In this document: positions 36,258 through 50,167 of the stretch, in pieces
Layout: each line of letters starts with the position of its first letter
Numbering within the stretch: the stretch's first letter is position 1
Assembly: GCA_002269645.1 (NCBI GenBank)
Contig: NIVC01001672.1
Location: forward strand, 181,428 to 245,427
Source: Macrostomum lignano
Lineage: Eukaryota
Length of the DNA stretch: 64,000 nucleotides
Reading direction: 5' to 3'
Translations under genes and position numbers: made by a program
The notes under the pieces: model-generated
What the model was told of the DNA's origin: nothing
Seen by the model: the letters and a program-made list of their open reading frames with translations, nothing else
Database searches by the model: none

Positions 36258-39200
36258 ATGGCAAAACTAATTGGCACCTTCCGCGACCTGCCGCACAAGT
36301 TGCATCTGTCTAGCGGTGGCCAAGCCAAGGCTAGCGACAAGCAGTTGAAACAGTTCAAAGAATTCTTCGATCTTGGCGAGGTAAGAATTCTAAGTTTATA
36401 TTATTCTCTTCCTTTTAATTTTCCTGTTTCTTGCAGCCTGCTTCTGTAAAGTTACTTTAAACAGAAACTGGGGATTGTTTAGTGAATAGCTAAAATATAA
36501 TATAACATTTGTCTTTTTTGTATGTGTCGGAATGTGTGCATTAAATTTCTATTCGGTAATAGCAATTGTAACGAAGATTGTACTAAGTAATACTTTTACT
36601 TTTATAACGGTAGTTCTGTATGTGCCGTAATTTCTTTATTTGTTTATTATTTATTCTCATAAAGTATCGTGGTGTTATAGATAAAGACTTTCAGTTAAAA
36701 AAGTGCAGAATGAACAATTCCATATATTTCGTAGTTACAATAACATTTGCTCAACCAAGCGGACAATACATTTGGAATTTTAGTTACATTTTTTGCAATC
36801 TAGAGACTAGATATCGCTTTTGCAGACATTCGGGCATTGAAAAAAGAATTGTATGAATATTATAAGCTTGCTTAACAATTACTCAGTAATACAGTCTACC
36901 ACGACTAATAGAATTGAAAGCCTACTCATCTATAATCCACTCAGACTGGTCATTAATGCCAAACTAAAATAGTCGCGGTAATGATGGTGATGGTGAGTGG
37001 GTGACTAATGCGCTGCTTTGAGGAATGACGCCCCACCCCCTAAAATTTCTCTCGCTGAGTCATGTAGCAGTTTCCCCTCTCGCTCCTTCGCAAGCTCACA
37101 CTAAAGCCTAAAGTCTCCCCCTCCACGTCTGGCCTGGTTGAGGTTGCAGGATTTTTGTCCTGCGCTTTTTCCAGGGTTTTCCTCCGTTCGCGGGCTTCCA
37201 GTCCCACCCAATGCTTAGAAGCCCTCTCTTTCTCTGGACACTTTCTTTCTCCTGGCCTGCTCCTTCCCCAGTCCAGTCCCCGAAACAACAACCCCCACTC
37301 CATGCAAAACAGAGGGAGGGCCAATTGCAATGACACGCCAGGGCTCGCTTGTCCTCTCTATCACAACACCCACCCCTACTCCCACCCCCGTCTGCCTTAT
37401 CTATCCCAGGGTTAGTATAGATAGAAGCGCACGCGCCAAGGGTTTAGGGTGGCGGGTTGAATGAGTGTGCGTCTGTCTGTTTGTGCTAAAAATAGAATGC
37501 TGAATCATTGCTTGGGCTGGGGAGAGCGCACATTGTACGCTGTACAGTGAAGCAGCGAAAGAGAGAAAATTTAGCTTGGGGCCAGAGGGTGTTCCTAGAG
37601 AAAGGGCATTTCTCTGTCGCTACGACGGCATGTTTTGGAACTCATGAACTTAAGCTGTTAATGTTATGCTTTAACTATAAAAATGTTTACACCAGAATTT
37701 CAACAAAAAAATAACCAATTTTAAGACTATTTTTCCTAATCTTTCCAACTCTTTTAAGGCAAGGCTTTAATGATTTTAAGCTATCGTGTCCACTTTTCAC
37801 TATACAGACACTACACAAACATTTACTATCGTCCCTCCTTAACGATGTGCTTATATTTTAGCTGTGCAAAATCGGATTTCCGGACAATGCGACAACAATT
37901 GCTCACGATCCTCAGCTCAACTTGCTGGCCATTGGTACAAAGACTGGAGAAATTCTCATGTAAGTTTTTTTGCCTTTGTCTTTGGGCAGTTTTTAATCTG
38001 GTCAATCTAGTATGTTTACTCTGCCGCACTTTTAAGCTACCGTTATTAAAATGTCTAATTCTTTCAGTTACGGCGCGCCGGGTCACGAGTTCTCCGCCTG
38101 TCATAAAGACGCTTGCGAGATTAAACAACTACTGTTCCTGCCAGAGGAGGTAAGGGCCTGCTTTATTTCTGCATATCAAAGGAAAACACGGCAGAGTTTT
38201 CTCCTTGTTATTTATATATTACCCGAGGTCGAAAACTCGGAAGGTTATAGGATTAGTGGGATAACGATGATTTATATCTTTTGTCGTTATATCAATAGTT
38301 GACTTCTTTCCTTTTCCAGCCAGAATGACCGAGGCCGGGGGGAGGTATGCCATTTTTTAAGCCGCAAATATTGACCACGTCCGGGGCTAAGGCCAAGACG
38401 CTCTCCAACTGGGATCAGTAAAATTTATTGCTGCCCCCCTTGGCTTGGCTAATAAAATACCCCCCATTAATATTCATTATTTCATTATTATGAACGTCCG
38501 TTGGGATTTTTTATAATATTATCTCTCTATTAAATCAGCTAGGCTTTCTTAGAGATTTCAATTATAAGTATTAAAAAAGGGTCTCTAGTCGAGTTAAGCA
38601 GAGTTGGTTGCGGTTAGTACGACGTAGCTTAATCAGTAATTTAGCTAGGACCGCTGCATTACTAATGAGTTAAAACTCTTGCCTCCATCGCTCAGGGCCG
38701 GCTTGTTAGCCTCACTTCCGACAATCGACTGCACAAATGGGAACTCAATGAGAACACTAGCGGTTCCCATAGCAACTGGCGCCTCGAGCACGCCGCCGAT
38801 CTGCTAGCCGGCCCGGCCGACGGAGCCGATGGACAGACGGCAACAACAATGGGCCTGATTGGCGGGGACAGGCTCTGCCTAGGCTACGCCAGCGGCTCTG
38901 TGCGCCTAGTTGAAGTCAAGGATTGGAAATTTGCCGAGTCTGCCACATCTGGGGAGGCCATCGATAAAGGGTGAGTGCGGCAAATCTGCTTGTTTAAATT
39001 GTCTGCCTGTCCAGATCAGGGGTCGGCAAACTGGGGCCCGCGAAGCCTCTGTATCCTTTGAAACTTCCACAAATCACAATAGCAATCCCGTCCGCTCAAG
39101 GTTTGTCTCTTCTCTTCTAAGACTCTTCTCTCCCGCTAGAATCTATCTGGCCCATTGAGGTAGAAAGGTTGGCCGGCACATGGTCTAGATTGAGATTCAA

Positions 39201-42200
39201 TTAGTTTATTAACATTTTTTTAGTATTGGTTTTGTCAGCCTAACTGGGAGTGGGGCCATCCAAAGTGAGAATCCTGCCTACGCTGACTGCGAAGGGCCTG
39301 GCTGTGTGCAGCCTTAGTCTATGGGCCATAGACTATAAAGGACAAGCAAAGTGATAAAAAGCCATCCAATGTGAGAATCGATTGGTCTTTTAAAACTTTG
39401 CTTCTCCTTTATGGTCTATGGCCCATAGACTAAAGCTGCACGCAGCCAGGCCCTTCGCAGTCAGCGTAGGCAGGAATCTCACATTTGATGGTTTTTTATC
39501 ACTTTGCTTGTCCTTTATAGTCTATGGCCCATAGACTAAGGCTGCACGCAGCCGGGCCCTTCGCGGTCAGCGTAGGCGGGATTCTCACTTTGGGTGGCTT
39601 TATTCTGAGTTGGGCTGACAAAACCAATACTTAATAATTCATTTCGGGACCCACCTATGTGAGGTCGTTGTCAATACATGCAGTTTGCAAAATCTGTTTT
39701 TTGTGTTATCCGGATGCCAAGATTTCATGTTAGCTGCCGCCCCCCCCCCCTAAAGAAATCTTACCTGTGGCGTTAAATTATTAATTACCTAGGATGCTTC
39801 CTGGAATTTCTAGTTTCTAGAATTGTTTTAGGCTAACCTGGAATGCCACATAGCAGCATGGTCCTGCCCAAGAGATTTGAAGTATATCCAAGATTGCAGA
39901 GAACCTACTTATTCATAATTCATCAACTATCCAATGGAATGGCTGCACCTGTATCGAAATCCTAAGAATCCCAATAATTAAGTTCATGTCATGACACTAA
40001 ACTTCTGCTTTGACTGTGATTTACTCATATTTATATCGTTAAAAAATTGCTTTACAGTTCGGCTCGGTTATTTTAAATGTTTTCATTACAGTAAGCTCTA
40101 TATTGAACTATGCATATAATCTACCAGTTTGTGTTTATCTGGCACTCAGCCGGGCTGAGTCTGATCTACTAGCGCGTTTAATTAAATAATTGCCTGCTTT
40201 ATATCAAATGCCGTGCAATCTCAATGATCAATTGTTGGTCGGCTTGCTCTAGTTCAATTTTAATTATTGATTGATTTTTCAAGTTAAGATTGAAATTACT
40301 TCACTGTAAATAACAAAAGCAATCGTATCTTTGTCTGCTGCAAGGCCTACTTAAGTAGAAGGATGGGGAACTACGTTTATAGTGAAAACCTCTGTAAGGT
40401 ATTTTTACAATAGAACCTGCCTCCTGAGTTTCCAAGAAATGAAGTTTTCCCGTCCTACTTAAATAGTCCTTGGTTTTGGTCTGGTTTTGGTTTTTTTAGA
40501 AATCTCTAAGCCCCGATCCCAATTCCTAAGAACGCTGGGAACCTCTAATTTCTAGCAGTGAGTCAGCATTGAACTAGAGATATGAGACGGATATATATGC
40601 ATTTGATTTCCAGTTCTTTCTGGCCCAACACTAAGCCCGGGTCGCAAGGTCAAGAGCAACACTTTATTATCTGTGGGCCATCGTGGGTGGAAGGGAACGG
40701 GTCAAAGCCACAAAGTGTTTATGTTTGCCTATTCTAGCTGGGGCAGTTTACATTGGATGCCTGATTGCGCAACAGTTAAGAGAAATTCAACGGAAGGTCA
40801 CGAGGTCTGGGGCTTATCTTCCCAACTGCTTAGATCTCTACAGATTTCATTCAGAGGCCTATAGTTTCCCACGGTAGCTTTTCTCTTTCCCTGTCTCTCT
40901 GACTTCCAAGTGTCTTCATTCACTAAACCGGTTCTTGTTTGCTTTCCATAATTTGCTCTTCTATAATCCGCGCCTGACTTAATTGCGTCATAGCGCTTTA
41001 GAGGTTTATTATATAATATTTGCAACAGTCTCAGGCAACTGCGCCAAAGATGGGGTCCCGATAAAGGGTGCAAGTTTCCCATCGCCTTCGGTGTTTGTTT
41101 AACTTGCTTGATGAATAAATGCATACAAGTTATTTTATAGGCGGCCATGAAAGGTTGCAGCGCAAATGTAACCAGATGCTATTTCCAATCGGCTACAACT
41201 GCAATTTGTTCTCGAGTCCAATATTTGGGTCTTTTTTATTCTTGCCTGCTATTTGCCAAGACTGTTAGTTTACTCCCCATCCCAGTTTCAGGATATTTGC
41301 TGGCTTCAACTTTATGACTTAGCATATCAGATTGCCAGTAGCATTCATTCATATTTGCTGCGCTTAACTATATAAATTAACCGATGATGCAGTTGATTTT
41401 ATTACATAAAAATATTATATTCTTTTCTTTCTACTGTACAGTAGTCTAACTCGAATGTATATTCGTATTTGTTTTATTCCCAGCCTAACCGAAGAGGCCC
41501 GCAGCCAGCTGCACGGCTGGGGCTCCGTTGTGTCTATCGAGGCCAGCCCGACCACCGGCAAGCAGATCGCCATCGGCTTCAGCTCCGGCACAGTGGCCGT
41601 GCTGAATAGCTCCGATTGCAGCCTGCACAGTGTGGCTCCCGGCGCCGCCGAGCTGCGCTGCCTGAGCTGGCAAACCGACGCCAGCGCCATCTACACCGGC
41701 CACTCGGACGGTAGCTACGCCGTTTGGCGGGCCGACGAGCCAGCCGAGGCTAGTCGCCTATTGAAAACTGCCGACAACCCGCAGACTGTCTATGGCCCGT
41801 TCCCCTGCCTGCCAGTCACGCACCTGGTGCACCGCACCGCTAAACTAGGCAGCATCACCGTGCTAGCCGGCGGCATGGCTAAGAACACTCACGCCGATCG
41901 GCACACCGTCACTCTGCTTCGCGAGCAAGAGCACGTCTGCTTGGACCTGTGCTCGCCAGTTGTCGACTTGGCGCTGCTGTGCTCGCCAGGCGATGGCAAT
42001 ACTGGCCAGGCTGGCTATGACGAGCCACACACTTTGCTAGTGCTGTGCGAGTCCCAGCTGGTGGCCTTGGACCTGTACGGTGCCCAGTGGCCGGAGTTCC
42101 GGCTGCCTTATCTTTCGGCAGTTAGTGCCACTGGTGCCCCAATCACGGCCGCTCGAATCTACGGCGCCGAGACTGCCGGCACAGAGCAGATCCGGGCCGC

Positions 42201-45200
42201 TTTGTTGGCCGCCGCTTCTGATAGCAGCAGCTCCGGCTATTCAACTCGCGCTTGGCCAATCAACGGCGGCAAAACGCTGGTGCGCCCAGCCGCCGAGGAG
42301 TCGGAGAAGCCACCAGCCACTGAGCCGGCTGCCGCTAATCAGGAGGCCACCACGTCTGCTGGCGGCGACAGCGAAGCGAAGCAGGCCATCTGGGACCTGC
42401 TGGTCACCGGGCACGGCGACGGCTCCGTAGCCTTCTGGCAGATTGGCCAAACCGGCTCCGGCACCTCGGCCGCTCTGCTGTACACTCTCAACACTGCCGA
42501 CGTGTTCTCCGACGCCCCGGCTGCCGAAGCTGCCGAGCCGACCGACGTCGGTGGATTTCCGCCATTCCGCGCTGTTGGACAACGCTGGCGACGCTCGGAG
42601 ATGGTAGACGATCGGTTCGCTGTGACTGTCATAGACCTGGCCAGCGATTGCCTGCTTGTTGGCGGCGCCGCTGGTCAGGCTACGCTGTGGCGCCTTGCCG
42701 CTGCCGGTGCCGCCGCCGCCCCGGTGGAAGTTGACGTGCGCACCGTGAACGCGGACATTGTGTCGCCGGGCAAGGACAGCCCCTACGCCTGGGAGGGTCA
42801 GGCGCCGTTGCGCGTCCGCGAGGAGCCCTGGCAACCGCCTGCCGGCCGTCTGTTCGAGCCGGCCAGCATTATTTCGGCCTTCCCGCCTGACCGAATCTGC
42901 TCGCTAACGCTGGACGTTGGCCGCGGCCTGGCCGCTGTTGGCACCGGCTTCGGATTGGCGCTTATCGACACCGGCGCTAATCGCTGCTTGACAACCCACT
43001 GCACTCTGGCCGTCGCCAGCCAGACTGGCGCCGCCGCCGCTCCGCCGGCCACCCCGGCCAAGGGCAGCGGCTCGGCTGCCGCCGCTCCATCGCACAGCAG
43101 CGCCGGCTCCTCCATCACTAAGAGCCTGCGCCAGAGTTTCCGCCGGCTAAAGAAACTACGCGGCGGCAAGCGTCAGGAGTACACCGTCACCACCGAGGAG
43201 GCCGCTGAGGCCGCCGCCGCCGCCGGGCCGTCAACTTCCGCCGAGACGCAGCCGGAGGCGGCTTCCGAAGAGCCAGCAGCCGGTACCCCTGCGGAAAAAA
43301 AGAAAGAGAAAAAAGAGAAGGAAAAGAAAGAGAAAGAGAAGAAGGACAAGAAAGATAAGAAAGAGAAAAAAGAAGAGAAAGCCGAGGAAAAGAAAGAGGA
43401 AAAGCCGGAGGAGAAGAAAGAGGAGAAGGCCGAAGAGGCTAAGACTGAATCCAAGACGGCCGAAGCAGAGCCCACGGAATCGGCTACTCCAGCAGCCGAG
43501 TCAGCGCCCGAAGCCGCCGCTGCGGTCCCAGAGAAGCCGAAGCAGCAGCCGCTAACCACGGAGTTGGCCTCCGAGAGTCCTGGCCGCATCCGCTGCCTGC
43601 TGATTGCCGATGCCCACCTGGTAGCCGCCGGTGTCAGCACTCCGGCTCTGTTTGCCGGCGATCGCTCCGGTCGGGTGTACGCCTTCCAGGTGAGCGTGAC
43701 AGACACTGCCGCCGCCACTGGCGAGGCCGCTGCTGCCGCCCCATCCAAGCAGGCCAACCTAGTTAAGGAGCTGCACCTGCGCCACGGCGCTCCTGTGGTT
43801 GCTATGCACGTCACCGGGGAGCAGCAGCAGCTTCTAGTAACCTCCGAACAGCAGGTGAAACTGTTCTCCCTGCCCAGCCTTCGGCCAAGGTGCAAAGCTA
43901 GAATCCTGCCGGCCGAAGCTCCGGCCAAGCTGCGTGCCTGCGGCCTGGCCCAGTTCCGACCCGCTCCGGGCAGCAGCCAGCAGCCGCTGACCGGCCTGGC
44001 AGTTGAGGACAGCCTCGGCCGCCTCATGGTGCTGGGCCTGCCCCAGCTGAAGATCCTCGCCCAGCTTGATCGCAACGACGCCGCTTTTGGAAGCCTCGCC
44101 TATCAGCCCGCCGGCGCCGTCAATCCTCTGGCCGTGGCCGTGGCCGGCCGGTCTCGCGTCCGTCTGGTCCACCTGTCCCCGGCCGCTGACGGTCGCTACG
44201 TGGCTCCGGCCGGCCTGGACCTGCCCGATTGGGCCCGCCCGGTCAAGGCGGCGCCCGCTCAGCAGGCCAGCCCGGCCGCAGCCGCTGTTGCCGCCTCCGC
44301 TAGTCCGGCTGAATCCGCCGAGGCCGACACACCGGCCGCCGTCGGCGCCGAGCAGCAGCAGGAGCCCGAGGCCGAGGCCGCCGATCGAAGCCATCACCAG
44401 GTGGCCGCCGACATCACCATGGACGACATTAAGGAGTACGCAGCCGCCGCGTAAGTGTTAAGGCTAACTACTCGTGTGTGCGTTTTTTGTTAATCGCCCT
44501 ATAATCTTTAAAGAATCGACTCAAGAATAGCTCACTAATAATCCTGTCGAAAATCGCCTATTAATCCCCTTAATTATCGCCTTCTGATCCTCTCAAGAAG
44601 CGCATATTAATCTCCTAAAAGTGGCTATTAATCCTCAACTAAATAGGCTACTCCGCACATTTTCATGCAAGCTACTTCAGTTCAGTAGTAGTAGTTAAAT
44701 TGAAGCATTTTAATGTATTTTTATAAAGACAAACCTCATTTATTGGCTCTTACCCCCCAAATCTACCCCAGAGTGGCCCAATAGCCCATTCTACAATTGT
44801 ACATTAATCCTGTAAGAGTCGCTTATTTACGAGTATTCACCGAAAAGATCCGGCAGCGTGTAGATCCGCTTATTCACTAATATGCGCTTAAATATCAAGG
44901 TGCTAACCCAACTCGCCCTGCTCCGTTGCAGTCCCCTGCCACCAACCGAGACAATCCCGGAGACCACAGACGAGAAATCCGAGCCAGCCGCTGTTACTGT
45001 TGAAGCCGCCGCGGAGGAGGCACAGCAGGAGCAGGAGGAGAAGCCAGCCCCAGCTGCCGTCGAGGTGGTTGTCGAGCCGGCCGCCAAAGAGGACGCCAAG
45101 ATTGAGGAGGCCCCTGCGGTGTCCCCTGCCGAGATCAAAGCGGCCATTGTCAACGATGGGCAGGAGGCTCCGGACGCCTCTGCCGCCGCTGGTGAGTTAA

Positions 45201-45474
45201 AATCCGGTTCAAATCTTGATGAAGCAAAAGTAAATCAGCACAGATCCTTTCATAACTAAATAGGTTGTGCCTTGGAGGCTGTGCCTTGCAGGCTGTGCCT
45301 TGCAGGCTGTGCCTTGGAGGTCTAAATCGCAGGACAACCCCCTTGGCCATTTTTCGTGCACACAAACCAAAAAAGAACAAATAAAATGCTGTTCATTTTG
45401 TTTCTACTAAGAGTAGTTTATTCAATTGTGGTATTAATCTGTTTCCAGGCGACACCGTGGCTGCCGAACAGTGA
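36258..45474 (+). CDS. lgl: Lethal(2) giant larvae (Lgl/LLGL) WD40 polarity protein, ~1276 aa, 7 coding exons
   Basis: Phase-consistent GT-AG exons 36258-36380, 37862-37959, 38068-38149, 38696-38970, 41484-44450, 44932-45191 and 45449-45474. Motifs GFPDNATTIAHDPQLNLLAIGTKTGEI, LLVTGHGDGSVAFW, Lgl polybasic phospho-motif SITKSLRQSFRRLKK, and C-terminal DITMDDIKEY (cf. Lgl DVTVEDVKDF). No C-terminal R-SNARE helix. Confidence 0.9.
39222..39631. mobile_element. Foldback/MITE-like element in an lgl intron
   Basis: 19-bp perfect TIR AGTATTGGTTTTGTCAGCC (39222-39240) and GGCTGACAAAACCAATACT (39613-39631); an internal ~110-bp unit occurs once forward and twice reversed; no TSD identified. Confidence 0.75.
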
Positions 45475-47004
45475 TCGGGGGAGGCTGGCTAGGATTGCAA
45501 TGTGAAATTCGGACTGTTCGTGTTAGCCCGTTGCGGATCAGCTTGAACTTTTATTCGTCACTATATAAAGTTTATATTAAACACAACAATTTTATTGTGC
45601 GCGAGTGTGACCATTAACTTATTATGGTTGAGAATGGGCCAGTTATATCATCGTTGTTTTCTTATCGACCAAGCGGTAATATTAGAGACTAAAAGTCTAT
45701 TGCTGTTGCTATTTATCCAAGCCGTAATGTTTTTATCTGACCGCGTGTGTACATGTTCAGCCTTTTCCCGCGTCCATTTCTGTTTTTAAAACTAAAATTC
45801 CGTTTTATAATTACATAATAATAGTTGCAATTCTCTCTCCTTAGCAGGGGCCCAGCAATTGCTTGCGTTTTATTTAGTCAATTTTTATTTTAGAAGGCTT
45901 GATCTCAACCAAATTTTTTTTTTTTAAATAAACTAATAATATAAATTTCAATATAAATTAGAATTTCTATAATGTAACAATCTCGCTTTGCAGCAAATTC
46001 GGCCTGCCATAGCCTATTAATACTACTGACACTGATGATCTCCCAGTAGACAGTCGCGTCTATTTTTGTCCATTCTCTACCCCTCGCATTGTGCTTGCCG
46101 CCCGAATTCATTAAAAACGTAATTATAATTATCACCAATACGACCCTCGGTTTTATCCAAATATACTTTGCGCCGGCTTAACCTAATTGCACTAAACTGT
46201 TATTTTTCAATTATATGTCTCGCACACTACTACTATAGCTTATTATAAGTAGCATTGTCTCACCATTTACTTGGCTTTAAATATTCGCTGTAACTATAAT
46301 AATCATAGCCATCTCGACCCGTCTGAGAGTAAAACAGTTTGGTGTGTCTGAGCTTATTAATATATTTTATGCTATAATTATCGCTTTTCCAACTATTTCG
46401 GGCTATGGAATTTTTATCTATAATCTCTGCACCGCGAGCATTGCGGCAACCGGTCAGTACAATCAGCAATGCATAACCCCCTTCCTTTTTACTGTTTTTA
46501 TTACGTAAGTTATTATTTATTATTATTTCGCTTCTATGAAAACAACCGGTTCATTTTCCGCGCGACTTTTGTGCAGCATATGGAACGCAATTTTTCTACC
46601 TATACAGATATAAACCAGTAAGGGACAAGTGCTTCAAACTGCTATTCTTGTTGTTTATTATTAACATTTAATATTGTATTGATATTTAATAATTATTTAT
46701 TGCATCCTCCATAGTATTTTTATTATTTTCCTAAATCTACACAACTATAACCGGTATTTGTTAAGCTTTTCCCGCATTCTGTTTTTTAATTGATAATTAG
46801 CTAAGCTTAATTAAAATTATCTGTCGATTCGCTTTGCAATTTTTGCTGTCCACGTTATCAATAATAATAATTAATAATAATCATAATACCAATTCTATAA
46901 ATATTTTGTGACAGTGTTGGAAAACAAAGCGCGTTAGCAACTCCATTAAACATGCTTGTGCCTGTTTGTGCCTACGTTTTTTCAGTTGAAATAGCAAATT
47001 TACA

Positions 47005-48415
47005 CCCCGTGACCCCAGTTCACATACATGTAGTGAATCAGGCCCAATGACCCCTGTTTACATACATGTAGTGAATCAGGCCCAATGACCCCAGTTCACT
47101 TACATGTAGTGAATCAGGCCCAATGACCCCTGTTCACATATATGTAGTGAATCAGGCCCAATGACTCCAGTTCACTTACATGTAGTGAATCATAGCCCAA
47201 TGACTCCAGTTCACATACATGTAGTGAACCATAGCCCAATGACTCCAGTTCACATACATGTAGTGAACCATAGCCCAATGACCCCTGTTAACATACATGT
47301 AGTGAATCAGGCCCAATGACTCCAGTTCACTTACATGTAGTGAATCATAGCCCAATGACTCCAGTTCACATACATGTAGTGAACCATAGCCCAATGACCC
47401 CTGTTCACATACATGTAGTGAACCATAGCCCAATGACCCCTGTTAACATACATGTAGTGAATCAGGCCTAATGACTCCAGTTCACTTACATGTAGTGAAC
47501 CATAGCCCAATGACCATTGTTCACATACATGTAGTGAACCATAGCCCAATGACCCCTGTTAACATACATGTAGTGAACCATAGCCCAATGACCCCTGTTA
47601 ACATACATGTAGTGAATCAGGCCTAATGACTCCAGTTCACTTACATGTAGTGAACCATAGCCCAATGACTCCAGTTCACATACATGTAGTGAACCATAGC
47701 CCAATGACCCCTGTTAACATACATGTAGTGAACCATAGCCCAATGACCCCTGTTAACATACATGTAGTGAATCAGGCCCAATGACTCCAGTTCACTTACA
47801 TGTAGTGAATCATAGCCCAATGACTCCAGTTCACATACGTGTAGTGAACCATAGCCCAATGACTCCAGTTCACATACATGTAGTGAACCATAGCCCAATG
47901 ACCCCTGTTAACATACATGTAGTGAATCAGGCCTAATGACTCCAGTTCACTTACGTGTAGTGAATCATAGCCCAATGACTCCAGTTCACATACATGTAGT
48001 GAACAATTAGCCCAATGACCCCTGTTCACATACATGTAGTGAACAATTAGCCTAATGACCCCTGTTCACATACATGTAGTGAATCAGGCCCAATGACTCC
48101 AGTTCACATACATGTAGTGAACAATTAGCCCAATGACCCCTGTTCACATACATGTAGTGAATCAGGCCCAATGACCCCTGTTCACATACATGTAGTGAAT
48201 CAGGCCCAATGACTCCAGTTCACATACATGTAGTGAACAATTAGCCCAATGACCCCTGTTCACATACATGTAGTGAATCAGGCCCAATGACCCCTGTTCA
48301 CATACATGTAGTGAATCAGGCCCAATGACTCCAATTCACTTACGTGTAGTGAATCATAGCCCAATGACTCCAGTTCAATTACATAGTGAACCATAGCCTA
48401 GTGACCCCAGTTCAC
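47005..48415. repeat. Tandem array of 38/39-bp units (CCAATGACCCCTGTTCACATACATGTAGTGAATCAGGC and variants) with 155-bp higher-order period
   Basis: 38-bp period at 47041 to 47079; - strand stops recur at 47176, 47331, 47486, 47641 and 47796 (every 155 bp = 38 + 3x39). Confidence 0.95.
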
Positions 48416-48916
48416 GTGATAAGCCGCAGCTCTGTGACAACTACATGTGTACATGTATTAGATTAATTTGGGTCGCATAGATGGTCAACTCCGCACCAAC
48501 TTCCAAACAGTAATAAACTTTGCAGTTGATATTCCTGCCAGCTCTGGGATTGCATGGCTGGCATGACAGGTTGATAACTGTGTAGTGTTTACAGGACTTC
48601 AAAATGTTGACATGTTTCGGCTTAAACTCGATTGATAAGGGGTCTGTTGGCTGATTGATATTTTTGCTGACTGAGATGATTTATTAGCTCGTACTGGTAG
48701 TTGGAACTACAGAGCTTCATATCGTATCAGATTTCGAATGATTGTTGAAGTCCTACGGTCCTGAGCGAGTGTAATAAATTTCCGGGTATACGAGCATATA
48801 TTGAGAGAATTGCTACCAAAGCCCCATGGCGACCACCCGGAAATAATAAACGGCCTGGAGGGCTCGAGAACCCGGAGTCCCTGGTTCGATTTTGTGCGCG
48901 ACCACATTCATATGGG

Positions 48917-50167
48917 CAGGGGCGTCGCCATGGATTTTACCGTAGGGGGGGGGGACAAAGTCAAGAATTCTACATAACATGAATAAATTATTATATGTAC
49001 AATATATTTCGTGACCGGTGTCATCACTCATTTTGTCGCTGCAGACACTCATTTTAGCGCTGCAGACACTCATTTTGTCGCTGCAGACACTCATTTTGGC
49101 GCTGCAGACACTCATTTTGGCGCTGCAGACACTCATTTTGTCGCTGCAGACACTCATTTTGGCGCTGCAGACACTCATTTTGTCGCTGCAGACACTCATT
49201 TTGTCGCTGCAGACACTCATTTTGTCGCTGCAGACACTCATTTTGTCGCTGCAGACACTCATTTTGTCGCTGCAGACACTCATTTTGGCGCTGCAGACAC
49301 TCATTTTGTCGCTGCAGACACTCATTTTGTCGCTGCAGACACTCATTTTGGCGCTGCAGACACTCATTTTAGCGCTGCAGACACTCATTTTGTCGCTGCA
49401 GACACTCATTTTGTCGCTGCAGACACTCATTTTGGCGCTGCAGACACTCATTTTAGCGCTGCAGACACTCATTTTGGCGCTGCAGACACTCATTTTGTCG
49501 CTGCAGACACTCATTTTGTCGCTGCAGACACTCATTTTGTCGCTGCAGACACTCATTTTGTCGCTGCAGACACTCATTTTGGCGCTGCAGACACTCATTT
49601 TGTCGCTGCAGACACTCATTTTGTCGCTGCAGACACTCATTTTGTCGCTGCAGACACTCATTTTGTCGCTGCAGACACTCATTTTGTCGCTGCAGACACT
49701 CATTTTGTCGCTGCAGACACTCATTTTGTCGCTGCAGACACTCATTTTGTCGCTGCAGACACTCATTTTGGCGCTGCAGACACTCATTTTGTCGCTGCAG
49801 ACACTCATTTTGTCGCTGCAGACACTCATTTTGGCGCTGCAGACACTCATTTTAGCGCTGCAGACACTCATTTTGTCGCTGCAGACACTCATTTTGGCGC
49901 TGCAGACACTCATTTTGGCGCTGCAGACACTCATTTTGTCGCTGCAGACACAATTTTGGCGCTGCAGACACAATTTTGCCGCTGCAGACACTCATTTTAG
50001 CGCTGCAGACACAATTTTGGCGCCTAAGGCATTTTGACATCCTGAAGCAAAATTTCTGATTTTCACAACGGGTCAGTCACAAGGTGGGGTGGGTCAAGCA
50101 TGGCGTCCCCCATAGCTTTTACTGGGGGGGGGCATTCCCCCCTGTCCCCCCGGTGGCGACGCCCCTG
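48917..50167. mobile_element. Non-autonomous hAT-like element containing a 21-bp tandem array
   Basis: Perfect 14-bp TIR CAGGGGCGTCGCCA / TGGCGACGCCCCTG; 8-bp flanks CATATGGG (48909-48916) and TATATGGG (50168-50175); subterminal G/C runs. Confidence 0.85.
49030..50020. repeat. 21-bp tandem array (GCTGCAGACACTCATTTTGTC), about 47 copies
   Basis: Directly visible; variants GTC/GGC/AGC. Confidence 0.97.

Noticed and set aside
40800-41010. Possible LINE remnant (YRRANY, NYRPL motifs on the - strand)
   Set aside because: Two short motifs without a continuous domain are too weak to call.
41485-44461. Overlapping antisense and alternative-frame ORFs across the big lgl exon and the ENaC exons
   Set aside because: They are shadow ORFs expected from GC-rich codon usage, with no recognisable domains.
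36258-45474. Tomosyn (STXBP5) identity
   Set aside because: There is no C-terminal synaptobrevin-like helix, and the Lgl-specific KSLRQSFRR and DIT.DD.K motifs are present.
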